From: Lobosporangium transversale
Taxonomy: Eukaryota
Assembly: GCF_002105155.1 (NCBI RefSeq)
Contig: NW_019029009.1
Coordinates: forward strand, 186,001-250,000
Direction: 5' to 3'
DNA: 64,000 nucleotides
The notes below the pieces were generated by a model. The model searched no databases, was not told where the DNA came from, and saw only the letters and a program-made list of their open reading frames with translations. Shown here piece by piece: positions 26,588 through 37,816 of the stretch; the first letter of the stretch is position 1, and each line of letters opens with the position of its first letter. The translations under genes and the position numbers were made by a program.

Positions 26588-29500
26588 ATGGGGAAAGGCC
26601 TTTCGATCTCATTCTCTAGCAGCTTCAGCTTAGGAAACGTCGCCACCAATCACATTAACTACCAGACCAATAGCAAAAATAACCATAGCAGCAACAATAC
26701 TGATGACCAAAGTACGCCCCAACCCCATCAATACTCTCGCCAGCAAGGTTCTTCGCCCGACATTGAGGCTAATGGCAACAAATGCAAAAAAACCAACAAT
26801 AGTAGTAGAAGAGCACTAGCTCCACTCATTCTTCCATCAGATTGTGCCCTTCCATTCCTCTTCTTCCTCAGTCGAAAGTTGATTAGGAAAAGAAGCCAGC
26901 CCACTTTATTCCTGGCCCTCTTCATTGTAGGAGCTCTGGCCTGGACCCTTACCAGCGGCGCCATTACTCTGGACTCCTTCAATGACACGATTCGCTACTT
27001 GCCAGGATATCATGTCTTCGCCAACAATTTACTTTACCTCGTTATGTTCCTCCTCTTTCTCTCCTTTACGATCCTTGCGACATTACCTTTTCTCCCAATC
27101 CTAATCCTCGGTTTACCATTCCATCTTTTGATTTTTTCCATCTTCAACAGATTGATGGATGAATGGTTAGTATGGTGCACTAGCTGTTATACTATCCTGT
27201 TCTTGGCTCCCTTTGGCTCCATGATTATGACATGGATCAAAGCAATTGTTATTCAACAACAACTGCAGTCCGAATCCTGTAGAGAGCCATTTATTCATCA
27301 AAAATCACCATCCGAGTTATCATCATCACTACATCTTATGCCTTCTCCTCCATCGTCTTTTCCACTTCCCGCAGCCCGTCTTAAATATTCCCCCTTCAAT
27401 GATGAAAACAGTAAGAGCGATATTGCAGCCAATAAACGAGAGTCGAGATCAGTCATGGATCATCTCTTGGATGATTTCAAGATAGCTTTGATAGCAGTGA
27501 CCACCAATGTCGAATGTCTCATTCATCTTGTTAGCTTATCCAACCATAAATCGACGCGATGGCGTTTGTTACTGGCCCTTGCCTTCTGGCTTAGTTATGT
27601 GATTCCAGTGACAGTCAAGAACGAACCTCGAACATTTGATCCTACTCGATCAGCACCATCTTTCGGCATCCAGCACCCAGGACTATTATGTTCAGCCACA
27701 GAAATGGAAGGATCTCAACCACTTTATGATTCTTTTGAGGGTTATTGGCAAGACTATCTGCAATTGCATCGTAGTATGGTCTTGCCTGAGACTGAAGGCG
27801 GTATACCTGAATCTCAAAAGCGATTCCTGGTCTTTCAACCAAGCGATGATGGCCTTGGTAACCGCCTTCAAGCGTTGATGAGCTCTGTAGTCATGGGAAT
27901 GATCACTCGTCGAGCCGTCATTCTGGACTGGGTTGCTACACCTCAATGCAATGTAAGTTTTATTTTGATCGCTATCGTTGCTTTTTCTTTTCTTTTTTTT
28001 TTTTTTTTGTTGTCCACATGTGCGTCCTATTCGACAAGAATTATTATAGTGGTTTCTTGACTTTTTTTTTATCATACATTTGGATCTCAACAACTCTATT
28101 TTCTCTGAAAAAAACCTTTATTTGATACAAATCCTTCCTGACTTGTGTGTTCATCTATATACTCTATGCCTTTTTTTCTTTTGAGGTGGGGTTGGGAGTA
28201 CAAAGAAATGATTTTTGCCACGTGGGTGTTCACCCTGTTCGTTATATGCTACATGTGCAACCAACCAACGGTTCTGGCGAAAGCACACGCATCCACCTCT
28301 ATTCTGTTTATTGCAAACATGTCAAACACAGAGTAATCAAATCTTGTGCAACAGTATCCCTGCTAAATTGTTTCTTCGTGTGTCGGTTCCTGAAAATTCT
28401 TTGCGAAGAAGGAAAGGAGAATGTGTCAGTGGAATCTCAGGAAAATAAGACTGAATCGGAAAACCCTTTTTAGCGTAAGGATTACTAATCAATGTACGAT
28501 TTTTTTTTTAAAAAAAAAAAAAATTGCGTAGGCAAACTTTACAGATTTATTCGAGCCGCCAGAGGGCCTCCAATGGGATCTCAATAGTGTCATTCCCAAC
28601 CATAAAGATCTTGACTCTTACAAAGCTAAGCCTGTAATCTGGTACCCTTATTGTCGCAATTGTGCTCTTCGTTCACCCATCACCCCAAATTCACCTTGGT
28701 CCCCTTTACTCTGTGATGCCGACCTTGGAATCGATCCTACATGGCCCGTGGTCCAAATCTTGAGCACTCAATGGTTCTTACCTGTTTTACAACATAACCC
28801 TCATCATCGTCAACAACTCTGCCACATGTTCCCTCACCAAGGACTTCATGGTGATAACAATGCTTTCGAGTTGTTGGCGAAACGTTTGTTGAAACCTTCT
28901 AAACCCGTCCAAACCAAAATCGATTCTGTCATGGATCGTATCCCTCAAGGAGTCAAATTGATTGGATTACAGGTTCGAAGAACAGAGAATAATGCAGTTG
29001 GTCGAGGAATTGAGGATTCTTTCTTGAGCTGCGCTGCAGAGGTCATAGAAGAGGAAGAAGTCCATAGCGATGACGGACAACCATCCATGGTTCAGCGAGG
29101 CCACTCTTTCGGCCCACGTACACTTGTTGATGAATTTGGATCTAAATCTAAATCTACAAAGACCCAAAAATACGCGTACTATCTGGCCACAGATTACCGC
29201 CCTACTCGTGCATATTTCCAAAAGCTTTTAGGTGATCAACTTTACGTTCTCGAGAACACCTTTCACTCATATAATGGCTCGGCTTCACCATCATCTATTT
29301 CAATCACTACAGAAAACGATGCCCCTAACGGTGACAAGGAATCTTCTCCAGATAAACACTGTAACAATGACGATCGATCGATACCATCATTAGCACTACC
29401 TCCTTCAGTCCAAGTCTCTGGATCAGGGACAGGATCCAGATCTAGCTCCACTATTCAACAAACAAAAGCCGTCGTCCGCAATTCAGTTCAAGGTGTTCAA

Positions 29501-29750
29501 AATGCAGTAGCAGAAATGTATCTTTTAGCTCAAGCAGATCGGATCATCTCCTCACCCTATTCCACGTTTGGTTACTTTGCACATGCCTATTCCAACATCC
29601 GACCCAACATTGTGAAGCGTGATGGAACTTGTATCAAGCGACGATCCACTCAACCTTGTTTCCAATATTGGTTCGGATTCGCAAATGGAGGTGCTCACTG
29701 TAATATTAAGGCTACTATCGAAATGAGTGAAGATTATGATTGTTGGCTCT

Positions 29751-29752
<2 letters not shown>
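26588..29752 (+). CDS. Fucosyltransferase (GT37/GT23/GT11-like GT-B fold) with a multi-TM N-terminus, 2 exons
   Basis: Motifs DDGLGNRLQAL, IGLQVRR, YYLATD, AVAEMYLLAQADRIISSPYSTFG. Exons 26588-27952 and 28532-29752 join as CNANFTDLFE. Confidence 0.85.
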
Positions 29753-29781
<29 letters not shown>

Positions 29782-31347
29782 TACGGAAATACTTAATTTA
29801 CTACATGCTTGTACTTTATAACATGGCGACTCGAATAAAAAAGAAAAAAGAATAACCAATGTAATAAATGAAATGTTCGTTTGTTGTCTCTGGGATTTGT
29901 CGGCACTGTTGTAGATATACCCGTGTGCAAAACGCTTGTATCGAGCTAGCAAGCATGGGAGAAAGGTCTTTGGTCAAAGCCATATGAAATATATTAGTCC
30001 AGTCTCAAAAAATATCACCATACACAGAATAGGTGTCAAGGGCCCGCTTTTAGCATTGCTGTAATGTCGCATATATCCTTGACATCAGCTGGTGTCGAAA
30101 CATATAACCGCTGTTGAGTGACGTTTCACACTGGAAGTGAACATAGGGTTGGTATCCGCCTCCAAGTCGCTACCAGGATTGAACACGGAGGCAACACGAC
30201 TGCCGCAAGGCTGCATTGCCACTTGACCTGGGCTTCTCCATTTTATGATTCCAGTTATCAGTAACATGTTTGTTCACATCGAGCGTCGCAAAACCGGAAT
30301 TTAAAATGTTCATTTGGACTTACATCTTTGAGAGTAATGTTGGGAGGGTAGCTCCCCTTCATTTTTGATTTGGTGAAATCAACCAACTGAGATCTCCTTC
30401 TCAAGGGCGTCAACTTCTTCCGAAAACTCTAAGGAGGCTGACAATGCACTCATCTAAAAAAGGAAAGCAATAGTCAATAAAGCATTGTACAAGGCTATTA
30501 CGCAATAATCTCATGTAGCAACAACGTTTCGGCATGATAATGAGAAATGGATAGGAATAGTGGTTTTCATCAGTAAATCTTGCACTTCCGCCTAAAAAAG
30601 GTCTCTGAATATGGGGTTTGGTGTTGAGAGGCGAAGGAACAAAAAATATTTTATTGTATTTATTAAATGGTGGCGTGAGTCATGGAGCTTTACTTGCCGT
30701 CATTGTTTGACTCCTGTTCCTTCCCTATTTTCTGATCAAAAGAGTGGCTGCTCTTGCTCACACCCACTCACTCCCTTGACCTCTCTTCTCGCCCTCCTCA
30801 CTCACTCAAACACACTTTCCTTCTTCTCTTTCCAAGGCAAGATTTTGATCACAAGTGTCCAGTTCAAAACAGCCTCAAAACATGAAGATGACACGTTCAT
30901 AGTTTGTTGTTCAATATAGTCAGTAACTCCTATCCTGCTGCTAGGGCTTTTCCAATCACAGTCTAAGGCAGCAGCTCAACAAAGCTAGGTAGATTCATTC
31001 ATCCTGCCCAAGCCAATGTCTTTGTCTACAGGCGCAGGGAGGGATACTGAACATCTTGAGCAGTTATGACGCGCTCCATATCTCATATCACTGGCAGACT
31101 TTTTATCAGTGTCAGATGGGCTTTTCTATCAGTGTCAGATGAGCTTTTCTATCAATGTCAGCAACAATCAACTAATTTCATACAACACATAAAACTCTCA
31201 AATAATGCTTCCTTTTTTTTTTTCTTCTATAACTTCATCGCCAGTTAAAGCTGCCTTGCCGCTTCCAGCCAATATTAGAGCAAAAGCAAAACCGACATCA
31301 TCATTCAATGTATACATGTGGTAGATAGGCTTTGATGGATTAAGAGT

Positions 31348-31464
31348 AGAGAGTCAAGCTTGTCACTCTTTTTGGTTAGTCCTTTTCAATTATAAGAATT
31401 TTGTTAAGTAAACCATTTATATTTGAAAGAGTCTAGCCAAAAAGAGCGACAAGCTTGACTCTCT
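31348..31464. repeat. Hairpin element, copy 1 (32-bp stem, conserved loop)
   Basis: AGAGAGTCAAGCTTGTCACTCTTTTTGGTTAG pairs with CTAGCCAAAAAGAGCGACAAGCTTGACTCTCT; internal core shared with 48195-48225. Confidence 0.8.
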
Positions 31465-31974
31465 GATTAAGACTATTCATGGTCGATTTTAAGCTCACTC
31501 ATTATAGGATTTTTTTTAAAACCCGGCAAATAGTAACAGGCATGGTGAGTAAAGGAAGTTTATTGGACTAGGTCTGATCTAGTCTAATACACCTATGGGA
31601 TAACGAAGCCTTCTCGTATTAGTTGCATGAAGGCGCAACGAGGGCCATGAGGTAAGGCAAATGCCTGTTCACTATCTATACTTTGGCAGACCTAACAGGA
31701 AAGCATAAAGCATTGAGAGAAAGGATGTCGTACATTCCAATTGTGCATAGCTCATTCTCACTGCGGTGACATCTGGGGGCCTCGCTTTTGGGCCGGTGTC
31801 TCTGACGGGCTTTCTATCATTGATTAAGATTGACAGAGGCTTATATTCTATTCCTAATCAAGAACTCAACAGATACTCTTTACTGATATAGGGCTAACAC
31901 GGGACTTATTTTTCTTTTTTACACGCTTTTGATAACCCTTCAACTTCCAGACTTGCTTCGGTCATTGAGATTAT

Positions 31975-33030
31975 TTACTCATGGGCCTGTCGAGGCAATT
32001 GCGAGTCAGGGTCACAAAACAAGGTTCGGACATGGCCTTATTCATATTGCTCCAGTTGAACCGCGAGCTATGTACTTTCATGGCAGCCTCGGTTGAAGTG
32101 GAAGAAGAAGAGGAAGAAGAGGAGGAGGATGAAGATGAAGATGATGGGGCGATAAGATGAGCGAATACAGCGCTTTTCAGAGGCTTAAGGAGGGGCGCTA
32201 CGAAGGGGGTTTCCTTTCGTTCTCGAAGGATGTAGATATCATTATTGGGAAGATGGTGAAGCCTCTGGGAAATGGGTATGGCCTCGTGAAGTTGGAGTAT
32301 TACTGTCGAAAGGAGCAGATCTATGCCTTGGAAAATAGGATGGATTGAGGCCACAAAGCCATACTTGTGGATGTCGTGGAGCACTTGTGCTCCCTTATCA
32401 AGCATGGCAAGCGGGTAGATGAACTCCCTGAGACGGAGTGTTTGAGCAAGTGGGAGACATCTTTTCTCTCCAACGATGACCTGTAGAATCGGAGGGTTGT
32501 GTTTGAAAGACAGTGGAGCGAGTCTACTTTTGCTCTTAAAGCTGACAACATTAAGAGTCAAAGGTGAACATCCTACTCCAGTCCTTTGTGAAGATGATCA
32601 GTGGGTCAACGGCAAGCAGGCTTGCAGGAACATCGCAATGCTTGGGACCAAGGCCCAAAGCTAGGTCGAAAAAGTTCTGTGGGTCCAAGCTCACAGGAAC
32701 TTGTGACTGAACAAGACTATCAAGGCCCCGTATGTGCTTGATCCACAAGGGCCCAGGGCTTTTGCCTACCAGATCAAGAAAATTGATCACATATACAAGG
32801 CCAGCAAAATCAGTAACCAGACCCTTCGTCTACCCATAGATGGCCACGGGTCCTTGGAAGGCGGTGGTCTCGAGGTTCTCTTGGGATTAAAGGGCCTTCT
32901 AGAAGAATAGATAACAAAATGAGGGCGTCATATGAGGGGACGAAGAAAAGGGGCATTAACATGGCATGGTGAGGACAAAGAAGTTGAAGCGCGTCTGTGA
33001 GGAGATCACCACGATCTAGACCCAACCAGG
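31975..33030 (+). pseudogene. Decayed gene remnant, possibly of the fungal restriction-endonuclease-like family
   Basis: Coding-like fragments broken by stops and frameshifts: acidic EEEE/DED run, DELPETECLSKW, GEHPT, KQACRNI. Confidence 0.35.
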
Positions 33031-33817
33031 AAGAGAGAAGTTATACACAGTCAAGGTTTTTCTTCCTTCTCAAACAATTTCACCATGACACTGAAGACGA
33101 TCCAACAAGGATCGCGAAGGAATAAAATTTACTCAATTGAATTGATTGGGCTTAAGAAAGGCGAGTTCTCGGTGCCTGTTGTATTTCCACATCTGCCTGG
33201 ACTTAGCAGTAATTAACAGGAGTGCTTAGTTTTTCTTGAATGACCGCCATCCAGAGGGACTAGTAAGAATCGTTAGAGTTCACTGTTCAAAACAATAAAA
33301 TTCAACTGTAGTCAGCCAACGCTCACAAAATAACGCCTTAAGAGACTTTAATATAATTACGGTGGCTATTGAGAAGCAGAATAGATATTCTCGTCTCTTA
33401 TGTGTACTGGAAGATGCAGAGCTTGTTCTCTGAGCTAAGCTTCCCGAAGTTACGCCAGTTATCAGTAAATACACACATAATCCCGCTTTTTAAATATTCC
33501 CAGCATTCTCTCGATCCAAGGGTTGTAAGTCACAACTATCAAAGGATACATGTTTGTTAAAGCACTGACACATCCCTTGGAGAAGTGCAGGAATATGTTA
33601 AAATCATTGTTCAAGGAGCACAGGATAGTCAATAACATGTGGTAGTGTTCAGATGTTTATACGGTTTCATATGGAGCCCGGACAGTCGCCAAAATACCTT
33701 TTTTTTTTTTTTTTTCTTCGCCATCGCTTTCCTTGTGACATCTCACACAAAAACCTTTCGAATCACAACAGTTTCTTTCAATACATTCGCCTCAATTCAT
33801 CACAATCCCATCGCGAC

Positions 33818-35386
33818 ATGCAGCAACATCCATTGGACCTTCCTGAAGTAATTCAAAACCTTGGGCAGTTTCTTCAGCACGAAGACCTTTTGTCTTGCCT
33901 TCGCGTCTCCAAGACTTTCCATAGCGTCTTAATCAAGTATTTGTGGGAAGCCATCGACGCTTGGGACCATGATAGGAAACGAAGCACTTATCCAAGAGGC
34001 AAGACGCTTCAGAACCACAAAAAGTATATTAAAAGGCTCGTCTTTATCGGAAACCCTCCCCGCGAATACATGTCATTGCAAGGATGCAGCGTTCTTCACA
34101 CCATAAGTGCAACATTGCCAGAAAAGTGCACATCCTCTCTCCTGACCAAGTTTTCTCGCTTGATCAAGGCCCACAGTTCGACAATGCGCCACGTGGAATT
34201 TTGGATTGAAGATAGTCTTCATATTTCAATTTCAGGACCAGAGCCTTGGAAAACACTTTTAGAGTGTCCTCGTATCAGTTCTTTGTCAATCGGTTGCATG
34301 AAATTCCGAAACGATGAAGTTGATCTATTATTTCAAGTTTGCACAAAACTTCAGAAACTGAACTTGGACTATGGATGCATCTCTGAACTCCCAGAATATG
34401 TACAGGACGAATCCAGTAACTTCGTTCTTCCGCATCTTCGTTCCTTGACTCTTTGTAATCGTTATAATCGTCATGGAGATGAGCGTCCATTTTCAGGTGT
34501 AATGTTACATTTATGGGGAATATTTGTCCGAAAGTGTCCGAGCTTGGAAAAACTTGATTGTCTACACCCTAAACATGGAAAGATACTCAAAGTGGCGCTA
34601 TTGCAGAATCCATGGATATTTCCACATTTGCGAGACTTGACTCTAAATGACTCTGTAAGCGACGAGGAGTTGGCTGCTATTCTCAGACAGATGGCTCAAG
34701 TCAGAAACTTTAAAGTCCCATCCTCCTATTTCGGGCCGCTTGCTCTTCATGAGCTATTGGCTGACAGAGGAAGACAACTGGATGTTCATGAGAATAGAGA
34801 CAGGATAACACGGACAGACCGACTATGTGATACAATTGAGGAACTGCAAGCTGCATCAGGCTGGGATAAAACAGACGGTGTTGCTCAAGCAATCTTGTCT
34901 AATTGTCCACGTCTGCGGGTCCTGGCCGCAGCCAAAATCACAGTGACGGAAATTGTGCAGGGACCAAAATGGGTCTGTTCAAGAATTGAGAAATTATGTC
35001 TCTATTTCCAAATGGACCTTGACCCAGAATCTGAAGAAGGGACGGAGAAGCAACGGATGGTATTTGGGCAGCTAGGAAAACTAACTGAGCTGCAATACCT
35101 TGATTTGACACACTACTGTAGGATGCCAACGTTGGATCTAAGGCTGGGAGCTGGACTAAATGGGTTAGCAAATCTGAAAAGGTTAACAACAGTGCGATCC
35201 ACATCTGATGATTACCAGGCAATGGGGCCTGAAGAGGCAAAGTGGATTGTAGAAAACTGGCCTAAATTCTTCTATTTAGATGTTGCGACGAATAAGGATC
35301 CGGATATTGCCGGTTCGATATCCCGCATATTTCGTCCGCATAATATTTTTTGTATGCAATGGAAGAGTCTCGTTCCTACTGTATAG
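33818..35386 (+). CDS. F-box/leucine-rich-repeat (RNI-like) protein
   Basis: N-terminal HPLDLPEVIQNLGQFLQHEDLLSCLRVSKTF F-box; LRR-like repeats; C-terminal GQLGKLTELQYLDL...LDLRLGAGL...W typical of this fungal family. Confidence 0.9.
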   Translation: MQQHPLDLPEVIQNLGQFLQHEDLLSCLRVSKTFHSVLIKYLWEAIDAWDHDRKRSTYPRGKTLQNHKKYIKRLVFIGNPPREYMSLQGCSVLHTISATLPEKCTSSLLTKFSRLIKAHSSTMRHVEFWIEDSLHISISGPEPWKTLLECPRISSLSIGCMKFRNDEVDLLFQVCTKLQKLNLDYGCISELPEYVQDESSNFVLPHLRSLTLCNRYNRHGDERPFSGVMLHLWGIFVRKCPSLEKLDCLHPKHGKILKVALLQNPWIFPHLRDLTLNDSVSDEELAAILRQMAQVRNFKVPSSYFGPLALHELLADRGRQLDVHENRDRITRTDRLCDTIEELQAASGWDKTDGVAQAILSNCPRLRVLAAAKITVTEIVQGPKWVCSRIEKLCLYFQMDLDPESEEGTEKQRMVFGQLGKLTELQYLDLTHYCRMPTLDLRLGAGLNGLANLKRLTTVRSTSDDYQAMGPEEAKWIVENWPKFFYLDVATNKDPDIAGSISRIFRPHNIFCMQWKSLVPTV

Positions 35387-35879
35387 AAAGTGTACTGGAT
35401 ATGTAGTTGAAACGACAGCCACGTCCATGACCACACTCCATCATCATCTCTTTGCTCCTCGATATCTTTTTTAAAGCTGCATTTACGTCTTTAGATTAAG
35501 CGTAGGAATGCCTAATTATATAATATCATTGACTTAATAGGAGGCCGTACAGATTACATTATAACGTTTCGTTTGTTTGACAGCCGTTGAAGGGTTGATT
35601 GAAAGATAGTTATTTTTGGAAAAAATTTGGCAGGGTCGAATCATATGGAGTTGTGGCCTTGAAATGACTACAATGATAGGAATTCTTCAAACAGGAACAC
35701 AAAATAAACACACTCACACAAAAGACTGAACAAGAGCAATACTCAATAGTTTTATATAAAAAGAAGGTACAAGAACCTTGCTTCAAAATAGGTTGGTGGC
35801 GAGTACTCCACGTGATAATCTTAAATCCAACATTGGATCAAAAAAAAAAAATTAAGGTTACGCCACCAATTTCGTTCGT

Positions 35880-36500
35880 GATTAATGCAATTACCTTCTC
35901 AAAGATCAAAGTCATTATCGAATAATCCGAATTACTAGCAGTTAAAAATACATTTTGCTCGTCTTGAGAATGGATACCTCGTTTCAGACAGATAGTATAG
36001 AAGCATAGATCCATATCTATTCATTATATTAATATAGCGCAAATAATTCCACAATGCAATACTCATGATGACCCCAATCTTTTTTTCGTGTTCGTACAAG
36101 AGTATGGACGTGACTTGGCCACAAAGTTCAGTTAATTCGGCTGTTGGTCCAAGGTATAGATGTCCACTGTTAATTAGTAACTCCAGGGAGGCTGGTGCAA
36201 GGACACTCCTACTCCTCTCCCCATTGTCAAATCAACATAGATAACAATGGTCTTTCATCTGATGAAATGATCTTGATCATGTTGAAATGATGCTCGTCTG
36301 AAAATGCCTCCTTGAAAGTTGGAGAAACTTTTTTTGTGATTGATTTCAACATATCAAAGTGATACTACATTTTGTGGTGACTTCCCACACAAAAGGCTTC
36401 TTCAATACATTCTCCTTTATTCATCACATTCCTATCGAAACACCGAAGATCTAGAGCAGCTCTTTTGGCGGGGGAGACCTTGTATCTCATAGCTTTTGCG
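35880..36500 (-). pseudogene. Possible highly decayed Tc1-like transposase fragment
   Basis: Minus-strand fragment MIKIISSDERPL resembles the Tc1 W.KVIFSDE motif; many stops. Confidence 0.25.
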
Positions 36501-36662
36501 CCTATGTTCTAATGAAAGGTTGCATTGCTGTCCGATTATAGGGATAAGGTACTGTTGCGGATATTGAAAGTCTCTATTTACTTTCTTTTTTTTTTTTTTT
36601 TTTTTAACTATTATTTATTTCATATCTCTTATTATATCTCGACTTTCTATCTTCCTCAAAAC

Positions 36663-37564
36663 TTAGTTATCTTCATTATCGTTGACGGGCAGCTTCAAGG
36701 CCAAGGATCGTTCTTTCAACGATTGAGGTAAGTACCAAACGGGCGTGCCTTTTAGGAATGATGATAAATCCTGAAGTCCTCCACTGACTAGACCATACCC
36801 TGCACCCAACATCAATGTATGTTTAGTACTCTGTCTCGGCAACTTGTCTATAATATTAATAAAAAAGAGATAAAAATAAAATAAAATAAAATAGAATAGT
36901 TAGGTTCCTGATACAATTCAAAATCACAAATATAATAACTGATGATCTAATTTCTTTTTTCCTTTCTTCCTCCACTTATTCCTGTTATATATATATTTAA
37001 AAAAGGTTCCTTACTAGCCGCTGAAAAGATGCCTCCTGATATGACTCCTGCCATCATTGAATTCAAAAAATCAGCTCCACCTCGATAAAAATCAGCACTT
37101 GCTTCCAATACTTCAAATAATCCCACAAGAACACCTGTCTTGGCCGAGTATACAGCTCCCTTTTTAAGGGCTCCAAATGCCATTCGATAGTTTTTCCGCT
37201 TATGGTAAAAATACCAGCCTTCCATATTCTTGGGTAACCGATGTGCATTCTCCGCTAGATATTGCATCCCTGCTTGACGTGATCCAATCACCCCTCCTAA
37301 TATAAATCCCCAAAAGGCTGCTGTTCCTGTTATCAATGTGATCCGTTTGATCGGCTCTAATCCTATCCGTGTCAACAATGGGTTCTTGGAGAGCGCTGTT
37401 GAAAAATCCGGTTGCTGTACTACCATGGTATTATAGTAATAATGTGGGCTCAACGTCCTAGCGGCTGCTGGTGAGGTATCTGTAGGAATAGAATGTGTAG
37501 AGATAGAAGAAGGGGGAGGAGATGAAGAAGGAGTTGACTCCTGGGTGGACGATGATGTGGTCAT
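36663..37564 (-). CDS. Tim17/Tim22-family-like membrane protein, 2 exons
   Basis: Gly-rich TM segments and YLAENAHRLPKNMEGWYFYHKRKNY; exon 2 reads KLPRQ...GLVSGGLQDL...*. Confidence 0.75.
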
Positions 37565-37816
37565 AGTAAAGAAAATAAATGGAATGAATGTAGCAAATTG
37601 AAAGAGATCACTTAGTGAGTGGTTATAAAAATATATGCTGGCAGAACAAGCCACCTCTGCATTGCATTGAAAAGTGGTTCCTGAAATAAAATAAAAGAAA
37701 AAAAGAATGAAACAGGAAGAAAGCTGTTTATTACGTTTTTGTTTTTTATTATTTTTTTCTCTTCCTTTTCTTTTTGATCCATGGCTTTCTTTCTCGCTGT
37801 CTTCTCTTCTTAACAA

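Noticed and set aside
31410..31428. AAACCAT (snR30/U17 m2-like) and ARS-consensus-like ATTTATATTTG in the hairpin loop
   Set aside because: The partner m1 motif and H/ACA boxes are absent, and such AT-rich matches are expected by chance.
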